A stretch of DNA of 64,000 nt from Mayamaea pseudoterrestris (lineage: Eukaryota). Positions 12,341 through 22,275 of the stretch are shown one piece after another. Numbering within the stretch: position 1 is the first letter of the stretch; the number at the start of each line of letters is the position of its first letter. The position numbers were made by a program, and so were the translations under genes. Under the pieces are notes generated by a model, which saw only the letters and a program-made list of their open reading frames with translations, was not told the origin of the DNA and searched no databases. The stretch is from the NCBI GenBank assembly GCA_027923505.1, contig BROI01000028.1:310001-374000 (forward strand), written 5' to 3'.

Positions 12341-14857
12341 ATGCTAGGACCAGACCGTTTCGCTTTCGAGACACCGAATGTGATCGATCCAGGCGACGCG
12401 CCGCCATCGCAACCAGTCCGGCCGGACCAACCTGTTGGCGACGACATGGGCATGAATGGCAATGGCGGATCATCGACAACAAGTCGCAACCAGGACGATG
12501 CATCTCAGAAAACGGTTCCTACTTCGAATCGCTATCATGATGAGCGATCCGTACGTCTCTTGCGCGACATTGCCGACCTTGATCTCAGTCCTCCGACGGA
12601 GCCGTACGATCCGTATCGAGACGATCGAGGCGACGACGACGACTTGGAAGGAGGAGCAGAAAGTAGCAGCAGCAAGCATCATTCGCTTCCAACCGTCGAT
12701 GACGCGCGCATGTATGCGGCCTCATTGCTGCAGGAGTCTAGTGGGCGCAGCGGTGGACGCGACTTTCAGCGGACCGTCAAGCTGCGCATGCCCAAGATGC
12801 CCGTGCTGACGAGCAGCAGCCGCGCATCCGTGGCAAAGACGGCAATTCCACCAGTGTCCGAAGCTCCATACAATCCTCATCGGCACTTACTGCGAAGGCA
12901 GGTCATGCGGCAGGCTCGCAAAGTTTGTGCCGTCATTGTTGTGGTTGTCGTAGTTGTCGTAATTGCAGTGACGGTTCACAACAAGCGCCGGGGAGACGCT
13001 GCTCCGTCGTTGACGACAGCAACGAGCACTGCGGATGGGTCTTTCTTTAATCTACGTTCACAAATCAAGGGCGTCGACACGAAGAAGCGAAAACAAGATA
13101 TCATTGCTTTTCTAATTGACCAAACTGTAACATCGCATTACGATTTGGATGACGCCGACACGCCGCAATCAAAGGCAGTCGACTGGCTCGCCCAGTACGA
13201 CTTGCTCGTTCGACCTGTTCCAACCAAGTTGCATAGTCGACAACGGTTCGTGCAGCGGTACGCTCTGGCGACATTGTATTATGCACTATCGGGTCAACAG
13301 TGGACCAAGAATCACAAATTCCTCAGCTCGGAGGATGAGTGCGGCTGGTTCGATGAGGCGCCCGTTAATGACTATGTTTCGCAAACAGCTGCTTTTGGAG
13401 TTACATGCGATACGAACCTAGCGGTACAGAGTCTCTATGTGCCAGACAATAATCTACAAGGCTCCTTGCCATCGGAATTACGGTTCTTATCAAATCTTGA
13501 CATGATTGCCCTTCCCAACAATGCAATTCGGGGAACCATACCTCGCGAACTGCGCTCATGGAGCAACCTCGTTTACATTGATTTGAAGTACAATCGCATA
13601 TCCGGCATGCTGCCATCATGGATTGGAGATTTGTCAAACTTGGAAGTCCTAGGACTATCGAACAACGAATTTGCTGGCGGGGTGCCGCCCAATTTTGGAA
13701 GTCTTGGGCGATTAAAAACGCTGGCGCTTGACGACAATGCTTTGACTGGCGACTTGGAATGGGTGAACCATCTGACGAAACTGCAGTACTTTTACGGCGA
13801 ACGAAACTCGTTCACGGGGCAAGTGAATGACAATTTCCTTTCCGAGCTTTCGTCCTTAAAAGAACTGGACCTTAGTTCTACTGCGCTATTGGGAGACGAT
13901 TTTCCGCTACATTTATTGAAGCATCCATCGCTGGAGATATTGGACCTATCGCATACTCAACTCAAAGGCTCGCTCCCTGTGATACCCAGTATGAACAATG
14001 TACTTCAGTTCTTGTCCCTTCGTCATTGCAACATAAGTGGCACGATTCCACCATCGCTGCAACAGCTGCAAGGTTTGGAGCACTTGGATCTAACGGAAAA
14101 TGCTTTCGGAGGGACGATACCAAACGTGCTAGGTCGGTTGACTAACCTCAAGTTTCTGTTTCTGGGTCGAAATAATTTTGACGCCATGAGTGAAATGCCG
14201 CCACTCTTCTCGCAGCTCACGGACCTTCGTGAACTTTCACTGGAATCATCTAACTTGAGCGGGCGCATTCCCTCGTGGATATCATACTTGGAGTACTTAA
14301 AGCTTTTGAATTTAAGTTGCAACAATATGGATGGCACTATTCCTCCAGCGATTTGGGACTTGCCCGAGCTTACCTTCGTGATGCTCCACGACAATCAACT
14401 CTCCGGCGAGATTCCTTCGGATATACAGGGCGCTGGGAAAATGCAAGTCTTGAGCTTGTTCAACAACTCCCTCACGGGCGATATTACGTATTTTTGCGAT
14501 GCCAATCCAGACTTTTCGTTCATTGCACCTGACTGCACTGTGACCTGCGACACTTCCTGCTGCGAAAAGTGTTGCAAGGCTGACGAAAAAGAGTGTTTCA
14601 GGTCAGAGCTTCCCATGTATCTGACGGAATACGAAGGGGCATGGGAGTATGGCTTCGATCGAGCTTCGTACAGCTTTGATCCAGACATTTTGGAGAATTC
14701 AGAAGGCGATCAAGGAGGGATGCCTGAAACTATTATAGGTGACAATTTTCAGTATCCAGTGGACCAGAAACCCAATGAATACCTCCCCGACCCGTTTGAT
14801 CCGACGGTGACAATGGAAAACTTCACTGTTCCTACCAATGGAGGCGGTACGCCCTAG
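12341..14857 (+). CDS. Leucine-rich-repeat single-pass (type II) membrane protein
   Basis: Intronless 838 aa. Poly-Val TM helix, PQSKAVDWL..QRYALATLYY..W..EC.W cap, many LxxLxLxxNxLxGxIP repeats and a Cys-rich C-cap. Confidence 0.9.
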   Translation: MLGPDRFAFETPNVIDPGDAPPSQPVRPDQPVGDDMGMNGNGGSSTTSRNQDDASQKTVPTSNRYHDERSVRLLRDIADLDLSPPTEPYDPYRDDRGDDDDLEGGAESSSSKHHSLPTVDDARMYAASLLQESSGRSGGRDFQRTVKLRMPKMPVLTSSSRASVAKTAIPPVSEAPYNPHRHLLRRQVMRQARKVCAVIVVVVVVVVIAVTVHNKRRGDAAPSLTTATSTADGSFFNLRSQIKGVDTKKRKQDIIAFLIDQTVTSHYDLDDADTPQSKAVDWLAQYDLLVRPVPTKLHSRQRFVQRYALATLYYALSGQQWTKNHKFLSSEDECGWFDEAPVNDYVSQTAAFGVTCDTNLAVQSLYVPDNNLQGSLPSELRFLSNLDMIALPNNAIRGTIPRELRSWSNLVYIDLKYNRISGMLPSWIGDLSNLEVLGLSNNEFAGGVPPNFGSLGRLKTLALDDNALTGDLEWVNHLTKLQYFYGERNSFTGQVNDNFLSELSSLKELDLSSTALLGDDFPLHLLKHPSLEILDLSHTQLKGSLPVIPSMNNVLQFLSLRHCNISGTIPPSLQQLQGLEHLDLTENAFGGTIPNVLGRLTNLKFLFLGRNNFDAMSEMPPLFSQLTDLRELSLESSNLSGRIPSWISYLEYLKLLNLSCNNMDGTIPPAIWDLPELTFVMLHDNQLSGEIPSDIQGAGKMQVLSLFNNSLTGDITYFCDANPDFSFIAPDCTVTCDTSCCEKCCKADEKECFRSELPMYLTEYEGAWEYGFDRASYSFDPDILENSEGDQGGMPETIIGDNFQYPVDQKPNEYLPDPFDPTVTMENFTVPTNGGGTP

Positions 14858-15193
14858 GTGGCTCTGTGTCATCGACATGCTGCAGTCCGTGGACGCGTAC
14901 TGCTTCGCGAGCACAAAAGACGATGCGTTGTCGATACCGCAACCCTCATCACTTCACCGGTAGCATAATGTTGTTCTAATAATGTAAATTAAAAACTTGA
15001 CTGCACTTATTGCAAGTGATTGACGTCTTGAAAGTTCCCACAGTATGCTCAAGTAGTATAATGTCGCATATGGCATCGCAGCGGGTTTGAGTCTTGGCAT
15101 CGCGCACATCGACATGCATGATGATGGAAGCTGGAAGCTGGCGGCAAAACGACCATCACATTGCTATATAGTGCCGTCTTGATTACTTAAACG

Positions 15194-16807
15194 ATGAGAA
15201 TGATGAGAGTGCTATGCAGCGCCTTCTTGTACTTGACAACGTCATTCAGTTTGGCTTTTATGCAGCAGCCATTCTCGCTGATCTCCTCTCGCCACGTCGT
15301 CCTGGTGCACCCTACGCAAGAATCATTATCGCGCCTTCACCTTTGGAAGAAAGATGATCGAACACCAGAGGAGATTGAAGAGGAGGCTCGCTTGCAAGTA
15401 TTGGAGTCGCGGCGGTTTATGATTCGTGACACACTGAAAGCTGCTGATTCATTGAGAAACTTTAGATTGGCGAACAATATGGTTCCAGAATTGGATCCCG
15501 AAACTGGCAAGCCCATCAAGAGCGACTCCAAAGCTGCAGTAACAATGACTGCCTTTGTTGTTGCAGCTGGAGCTATTCTACTACGGGTGGGTGGCCGAGC
15601 AGCTCTGGTGTCTGCAGTGGGTTTGGACTTTGCGAACGAAAACCCAGAATTGAAGCAGCAACTGGACCAGATACTCGAAGTTGCGGACGCCATGGATCCT
15701 GTGCAGAAGGTTTTGTTATTCACTGCCTGCTGGACCGCAGTGAAGGTCCTTTGCTTCGATGCTGGAGGTGTAGTCCTGGCTTTGGCGAGTGGAATTCTTT
15801 TCGGCGGCGTTGTGCAAGGCGCTGTCGTTTCTGCCGCAGCTGCAACGTTTGGTTCATCCATTGCTTTCGGTTTCGCAAAAGTGCAGTCTCCGGTCCGACA
15901 AAAAGCTCTTGACTTACTAGACGAGTATCCGTCGCTTCGGGGCATTGAACGTGTTGTTGCAAAGGACGGACTGAAGGCTATCCTTACCCTTCGCTTGGCG
16001 CCGATTTTGCCTATTCCAATCGGTTTGTACAACTATGTCTATGGCGTTACAAACGTTCCATATCTTGACTTTGCTGGTGGAATCTTTCTTGGCAGCCTCA
16101 AGCCATACCTTTTGGACTCATACTTGGGAGTTTTTGGCATGAGTATCGTCGAAGGTGATGCCTCCAGCGGATGGCAAGACGCGCTACTCTTGGGTGCTCT
16201 TGGCTTTAGCGTCTTGATAGGCGTTTTCGCGTCACAGCTTGCCAGCGAAACATGGGAGACCGTTTTAGAGGAAGTGGAAGCGGAGAAACTGAAACGAAAG
16301 GAGCTAGGAGAAGACGTCGACGAGAAAGAGAAAGTGTCTAACGTTTTTATGGGCGTCGAACTACCAGAATGGATTGTTCGGTCGCAAATGGCACTCAAAG
16401 AAGCTGATGAGCGAATTCAAAGTATGATTGTCGACGAATATCACGCTCAAGTATGGAATTTTACAAAGGCCGATGGAGGTCCACCACCAGACAAAGATCC
16501 AGCACAGTGGCCATCTTCAGTTGAGAAAGTATCAGCGAATCAAGGATTTGATGTCGGTGCTGCGACTGCTGATGGTGTCGTCCTGAGTGGATTGCTGTTC
16601 CAGACGTTTCTCAAATACGCCGATCCACTTCACAAAGATGATGGCGAGACTGTAGAAAAGCGACGGTTTGGGTCGAACTCGTCGGGGAGTCAGCTACTGT
16701 CGACCGAAGAAACCGACACACAAGATCTTTTGACAAGGCTTGGATCCCTTCGATCAGTGGCACAGGCTCGAATAGAATCTCTTGAAAAGCAAGCTAGCGC
16801 AAAATAA
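15194..16807 (+). CDS. DedA/TVP38/TMEM64 (SNARE-associated, VTT domain) membrane protein, predicted plastid-targeted
   Basis: Motifs LALASGILFGG, LRLAPILPIP..YNYVYG..F..GIFLGSLKP; signal peptide followed by AF. Confidence 0.85.
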   Translation: MRMMRVLCSAFLYLTTSFSLAFMQQPFSLISSRHVVLVHPTQESLSRLHLWKKDDRTPEEIEEEARLQVLESRRFMIRDTLKAADSLRNFRLANNMVPELDPETGKPIKSDSKAAVTMTAFVVAAGAILLRVGGRAALVSAVGLDFANENPELKQQLDQILEVADAMDPVQKVLLFTACWTAVKVLCFDAGGVVLALASGILFGGVVQGAVVSAAAATFGSSIAFGFAKVQSPVRQKALDLLDEYPSLRGIERVVAKDGLKAILTLRLAPILPIPIGLYNYVYGVTNVPYLDFAGGIFLGSLKPYLLDSYLGVFGMSIVEGDASSGWQDALLLGALGFSVLIGVFASQLASETWETVLEEVEAEKLKRKELGEDVDEKEKVSNVFMGVELPEWIVRSQMALKEADERIQSMIVDEYHAQVWNFTKADGGPPPDKDPAQWPSSVEKVSANQGFDVGAATADGVVLSGLLFQTFLKYADPLHKDDGETVEKRRFGSNSSGSQLLSTEETDTQDLLTRLGSLRSVAQARIESLEKQASAK

Positions 16808-16837
16808 CGATTCTACTTTCCTTTCCTTGACCTTGCC

Positions 16838-17152
16838 TCATCGTCGTTCATTCCCCATGTCGGCCCTCTTCTGTGCCAAAGCTTCCCTGCATTTACGACT
16901 AGACTCTGTGAGTCGATCTATTCGTGTACCTAGATCGTCAAGTCCGTTATGTACTGACTCGAACATATGTAATGATGCGCTGAATGCCATGTTTAGTTTC
17001 TGAATAAGGTGCAGTTCGAAATCAAGGCGGGCTTCTTCGTCGTCATGATTGCCTGGCGTTGGTAATTTCGATTCTAAGCTTTCATCAAGGTGGTTACTGG
17101 ACTCGTAAGATGTTTCTTCCGTTTGAGCAGCTTGCTCTGGCGCGTCTGACAT
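16838..17152 (-). CDS. Small coiled-coil protein, possibly DASH/Dam1 complex Duo1-like
   Basis: 104-aa ATG ORF with an acidic N-terminus and an amphipathic helix ELHLIQKLNMAF..LDDLGTRIDRLTESS. The family match is by eye only. Confidence 0.5.
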   Translation of the reverse strand: MSDAPEQAAQTEETSYESSNHLDESLESKLPTPGNHDDEEARLDFELHLIQKLNMAFSASLHMFESVHNGLDDLGTRIDRLTESSRKCREALAQKRADMGNERR

Positions 17153-17448
17153 GTTTGTTTAGAACGTTAGTGATGTAGGAGGTCTTGGCCATGGTTGCGC
17201 GGTTGCCGCGCTGCTTCGTGGCTGTCGTCGTACCGGCACTTACGCTTAGCTACCGCATACTGCGGTAGCTTGCGGCCAAGTCTCACGTAATTGTCGTCAT
17301 GATGTGTCTTCAGTTGGTAAATAGGCTCAATATAAGTAATGCTTTACACAATTACTGCTATAACTCGAATCGTGACCGTACAAAGCATCCTTTCAGACCT
17401 CCTTGCCTTTGCCCTCATTAGACATCGTATGCTCCTTTGATGTACCTT

Positions 17449-19386
17449 TTAATCCACCTTGATTGTTCCAAAAATCTTGCGCACAAACCAGAGCGAGGTC
17501 AAGGATCCGACGGTTCCAAACACCAACAGCATGGAGAAGGAGAGCAAAAACATGTAACCAAAGTAAAGCAGGTACGTCATGACCATTCGCGACGGCTCGA
17601 GCGCCTTGAACCAAAAGATGGAGTAAACCAGCGTATACATGGCGACTGAGCCAGAGCAGAGGAAGGAATACCACCACCATCTGTGATTCTCCGCGCAGAG
17701 CTGGTAGTATACCAAGAGGACGGTAACCTCGGCGCACGTGACAATCAAGATCAAGTAGACAATCAAGGTGAAACCAAAGACGTAGTAAAACTGGTCCATC
17801 CACAAGCTTGTCATGATGAAAAAGAGCTCCACGTAGGCGGCCGCAAACGGAATGATACCCGTAAAGATCATACCGACGCGCGGATCCAAGAGTGGTGGCG
17901 GCGGCGGAATGGCGCGCGCAATCGTGCTAGTCACCGTCGGGTACTCGAGGGCTTCCTCCTTGTAGGCAAAGTAAGCGCCGAGGAAGCACAGAGGAATCTG
18001 AACGCAGCACCACATGGCCGCCACAATGATCACGTCCAAGAAAGGTGCACTGGCCGCCGAATGCAAAATCCAGAGAATCACGTTGAAAAAGAGAAAAATG
18101 CCAAAGGCAATACCCGGAAAGAAAATCGCCGTGATAATGGTGCAAAGCTGCCACTGACGTCCGCGGAACGACTTGTACAACTTGCCGCTAATGTATCCAG
18201 CCGCCGAGCCAGAGAGCATGTAAAAGACCAGGAATGCGTTCATGAGCGACCCACGCCGAGCCGGTGACAAGAAACCGACAGCAGCAAAAATGATTGCAAA
18301 GAGCGCAGTCAAGGCCAGCTGGCTACCCGATCCAATAAAGACGCAGTAAATCATGGGGTAGGTTTGTGGAGGACGGAAAACGTCGGCATGAACCAACTTC
18401 CAACCAGTTTCATCCACATCTTCGTCCTTTTCTTCATCCGCCAAGGCTGCAAGGGCATTGTAAGCGGCAATATCACGGCGCAAGTTTCGCACCAAAATGG
18501 AAACCACCAAGAGCGAAAGGAACAAGACAACCAAAATGGAATTGGTAATGGAATACCAGTGGACCTGCGCCGGAACCAAATGATCCTCACTCAAGTAAAC
18601 ATCCCAACGCGAGCTCCATTCCTGGTCACTCATTTCCCAAATGACATCGTACGTGTAGAGAATCGACTCGGCAACCTTGACAACTTGGCTCGTGCGAATA
18701 TCGTCGCGCGACAAGTGCTTCTTGTCCGAACATGTGGTGAGCTTTTTGGTCAAGCCTTCCTTGGCGATTCCGTCCCACTCGTACTTGTCTTCAAACTCGT
18801 GCTTGACGCTGAGCGGCTCGACGGCGAAGCCAACGACGCGATTGCCATCGTCCACGGGGTGATACTGAACATGAATATTGACATGATTGTAAATGAACGG
18901 CAAGTCGTTATCGGGGCCCATGAAACCAATGGGGAAGCCACCAGCGTAGCGCTTCTTTTCCTCGCCCTTTTTGCCTAGTCCAATGGCAGCGGATGGAAGG
19001 TTATCAATGATCCAGTTATTATGGTAGCCATACTTGATATGCAGACGCAACTTGGCCGCCTCGACCTTTTGCAAATTCACTTGGCAGAGCTTTTGGCAAA
19101 AGACTTCCGTGAGCATGCTAATTTGGTAGGGACTATTCTGAATCTTGTTTCCCGTCAGGAATTCTCCCAGATTCTCACTCGCCATGTCGGGCCCTCCCTC
19201 GGGCGCGCAAAAGGGAAGACGGTAGTAGTCGCGCGGAATCTGCGTGTGCGTCGAGGTCAAGGCATTGACCTTGAGGGGGACTGCTTCACCCTCCTTGAAG
19301 GAGTGCGGCTTGATGCCGGGCATGTAAAAGCCATGGCTCAGTTGCAATTGCAGCAACAAGGCGCCAATAAACAGCAACTTGATCAT
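17449..19386 (-). CDS. Nonaspanin / TM9SF (endomembrane protein 70 family)
   Basis: Signal + FYMPG, ENLGEFLTG, VHWYSITNS, ETGWKLVHADVFRPP, nine C-terminal TM helices and a KVD terminus. Confidence 0.95.
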   Translation of the reverse strand: MIKLLFIGALLLQLQLSHGFYMPGIKPHSFKEGEAVPLKVNALTSTHTQIPRDYYRLPFCAPEGGPDMASENLGEFLTGNKIQNSPYQISMLTEVFCQKLCQVNLQKVEAAKLRLHIKYGYHNNWIIDNLPSAAIGLGKKGEEKKRYAGGFPIGFMGPDNDLPFIYNHVNIHVQYHPVDDGNRVVGFAVEPLSVKHEFEDKYEWDGIAKEGLTKKLTTCSDKKHLSRDDIRTSQVVKVAESILYTYDVIWEMSDQEWSSRWDVYLSEDHLVPAQVHWYSITNSILVVLFLSLLVVSILVRNLRRDIAAYNALAALADEEKDEDVDETGWKLVHADVFRPPQTYPMIYCVFIGSGSQLALTALFAIIFAAVGFLSPARRGSLMNAFLVFYMLSGSAAGYISGKLYKSFRGRQWQLCTIITAIFFPGIAFGIFLFFNVILWILHSAASAPFLDVIIVAAMWCCVQIPLCFLGAYFAYKEEALEYPTVTSTIARAIPPPPPLLDPRVGMIFTGIIPFAAAYVELFFIMTSLWMDQFYYVFGFTLIVYLILIVTCAEVTVLLVYYQLCAENHRWWWYSFLCSGSVAMYTLVYSIFWFKALEPSRMVMTYLLYFGYMFLLSFSMLLVFGTVGSLTSLWFVRKIFGTIKVD

Positions 19387-19738
19387 GGTGTAGTAAATGT
19401 GTAGCCTCGAAGGACGTTAGTCGTAATCAGTATTCAAGAACTGCAGGCAGGCTTTTTGCAATCTCCTCCAACCAGCTTGGCGACTGTTGCCGAACGTCTC
19501 GCCGGATTCGCCGCCTGGCACGAAAGGTACGTAGAGTCATGGGACGCGATGGAGTAGCGTTTATCGTGAAAGAAGTACCTCGAGCCACTCTGAAGCGTGC
19601 GACTATGCAACCGGTCACACCGTTACTCACTTCGTGCCAGCCGCACGTCATCCGCTGCCGACCAGCTGGGGTTTCTGCCATGAGGATCCCGCAAGTTTGC
19701 TCAGTCGCCATCATCATCTTATAATACTGCTTGGCATC

Positions 19739-20678
19739 ATGAATCTAAGATTGGCTCTACTGGGCCTTGTGGCTGCCAGTAGCTGCTGCAATGTCGCAGC
19801 CGCCTTTACGCCCAAGGCCTTTGTACCGCAGCCAAAGAAATTGGTGACAACATCATCATCGACCGAGCTCTGGAGACCATCGTCAGCGACCAGCATGGTG
19901 GCGGGAGGAGCCGAGCGTGGCATGCAGGAGGAATACTATGATGGTAAGTATATTGTGTTGGGATCTGGGGGGAACGACACATGTGATCGACCTGCCTGCA
20001 AATGGAATTTCTATAGTCGCAGCTGACATTCATTCACACTCTTTTCGTCCTCATTGCACAACAGGCGTCCGCATTGGCCCACCTCCCGATCTTCCATCAT
20101 TGTTATTGCACAATCGCATCGTCTACATTGGTATGCCTCTCGTTCCCGCCGTGACGGAACTCATTATTGCCGAGCTCTTGTATTTAAACTACGAGTCCAC
20201 CACCGATCCCATTACCATGTACATTAACAGCAGCGGCACCACGACCGCGGATGGCCAAGCCGTCGGATTCGAAACGGAAGCCTTTGCGATTGCCGACGTG
20301 ATGAAGTACGTGCGACCTCCCGTACATACGGTTGCCTTGGGGCAAGCTTTTGGCGCGGCTGCCATGCTGCTCGCCCAAGGCAAGCGAGGACAGCGGTTCG
20401 CCTTGCCAAACGCGACGATATTGTTGAATCAGCCAAAGTCTATGGCGAGAGGACAAGCGGCGGATATTGCCATCAAGGCCAAGGAAGTGGCGCATAATCG
20501 TCGACAAACGTGTGAGCTGATTGCGCAGGCGTGCGGCAAGCCAGTGTCGACCGTCATTGAGGACTGCTCGCGCGTCAAGTACTTGCAGCCATATGAGGCT
20601 GTCGAATATGGACTGATTGATCAAGTGATTGAGAATGAGTCGCTGGCAGTCAAGCCTTCATTCATGTCTAGACTTTGA
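19739..20678 (+). CDS. clpR: Plastid Clp protease non-catalytic subunit (ClpR-type)
   Basis: Exons 19739-19943 and 20065-20678. Motifs PPDLPSLLLHNRIVYIGMPL and MYINSSG. Catalytic Ser and His positions read GQAFGAA and LNQP. Signal + AF. Confidence 0.88.
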
Positions 20679-20749
20679 TAAAACTAAATAGTAGTTGCAA
20701 CACACCACGTTATTCAGAGTACTTCACTTTCTGATATCGACCACTTCCT

Positions 20750-21878
20750 TTACACGACCATTTTTGGCTTGCCGTCCGCTCCAATTTCAAAAAAGAATCC
20801 TTCACTCTTGGCAATGGCATTCATCTTTTGCGCCATGACGGCGCGAGCCTCCGCCGACTCTTTTTTGGGATCAATCTTGCTTGCTTCCGCCGTCTTGCTC
20901 TTGAAGAATTGCAAGTAAGCATCCTTGACAACATCACCCGACGCTTTCGTGCCCTTGAGCGACGCAATCGCATTCGCCAGACTCCTTTTCTTCAAGTCGG
21001 CCGAACTGAGAAACTGCGACGTGACTCCGGCAGTCGCCTCCTCCATCAGGGAATGCTTGGCCTTTTCCGTCATGTTGGCTTCCTCGTTTTGAATAATGGT
21101 TAGCATGCGCTCCATTTGCGATTTGAAGTCGTAGAGTGGCTTGATTTTGCCAGCCTCGTTGAGCATGTCGTAGGTTTGAAGCTTGAGTTGCTTGATTTCC
21201 TCGGCATCCTGCACCAAGCGAGACTGGAACTTGATATCGTCAATCTTGTCCTGCAGCATGTGAATGACTTCGTCCTCCACCTTGTTGTGCTCCTCAATGA
21301 GGCGGTCGCCTTCCGCCGAAAGTGCCTCGTAGATGGCGCCTCCGAATTGCTTGTAGACAATGGCCGTAAAGGCAATAAAGCAGGCGGCAAGCTGAGGTAT
21401 GAGAAAAGAGTGGAATATAAAGTATAGTTGGTCAGTACGAATTAAAATCTAGCAATCGTCTTTCATGCACAACCTAAAACACAATTATACACACCTGCAC
21501 TTCCTCATTGACAACGATCCATTCATATTTCAATGCTGGAACGGCAAAGGCCAGTCCAAGAGGCACGCTGTAAATGGGCTCCCACTTGAAACCACTGGCA
21601 TCGCTCGGCGCAACCGCCACTGTTTTGGTTTCCTCCTCGCGCAAGGTCGTGGCGTGGAACAAGCGACTGTTTGCATTTGGAACGCTGTCAAATAAGAAAA
21701 GGCAATAAATCCATAAATAGTTAGCAGAAGAAGAACGACGATAGTGCAGAGACGCCGTTGACTCTGTCCGTCGTCCGTCATCGTCATCGCATCCTTCTTG
21801 CGTTTTTGATTCCTACCTTCGTCTCGCCGAGTCGGTCAAGACCTTTCGGGACACTTGATGTGATGCCGCTCTCAACAT
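20750..21878 (-). CDS. Mitochondrial F1Fo ATP synthase peripheral-stalk subunit b-like protein
   Basis: Exons 21878-21817, 21684-21495 and 21391-20750 join in frame. Mitochondrial presequence, EWIVVNEEVQLAACFIAF TM motif and a long helical stalk. Confidence 0.75.
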
Positions 21879-22275
21879 GATGATGTCTAATTGTGTAAAC
21901 GATTTGTGCAAGTGGAGCAAGTGGAACAAGAGGCGAAGGGATTGCTGGTTGGCTCGATTCGATCGCGGATCGACGATGGCGGCGTTGAACCTTAAGTAAC
22001 TTGGGGTTTTCATGATCGCGAAATCCTCGGCACGCGCACAAAATCCACGAGGCGCTTTCGACGGCGAGAGAACGCGCTATAGGATTGCATCAACCATCTT
22101 GCTATTCATACAATATAGCAAAGCTTTGGCACAAGACGAGCAAAGGGTAGCGCTAGCGAGACAATTTACAGTTAAGAAATTTTACTCTACAAAGCGCGGC
22201 TTGGCGCATAGCAAACAGACGGACGAAAACGCAGCAATCCATCTTCCATATTGTACTCGCATTTCCTTACTCACC

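Noticed and set aside
17683..19404. Long plus-strand ORFs opposite TM9SF (similar ones occur opposite VPS35, gag and the TPR gene)
   Set aside because: These are antisense shadows of codon-biased genes with no recognisable motifs.
19739..20678. Loss of ClpP catalytic residues as a sign of pseudogenisation
   Set aside because: This is the expected state for ClpR subunits, and the ORF is intact.
22012..22275. In-frame upstream extension of VPS35
   Set aside because: It spans the divergent promoter shared with ATP synthase b and has non-coding composition; the ATG at 22276 has a better context (ACCATGG).
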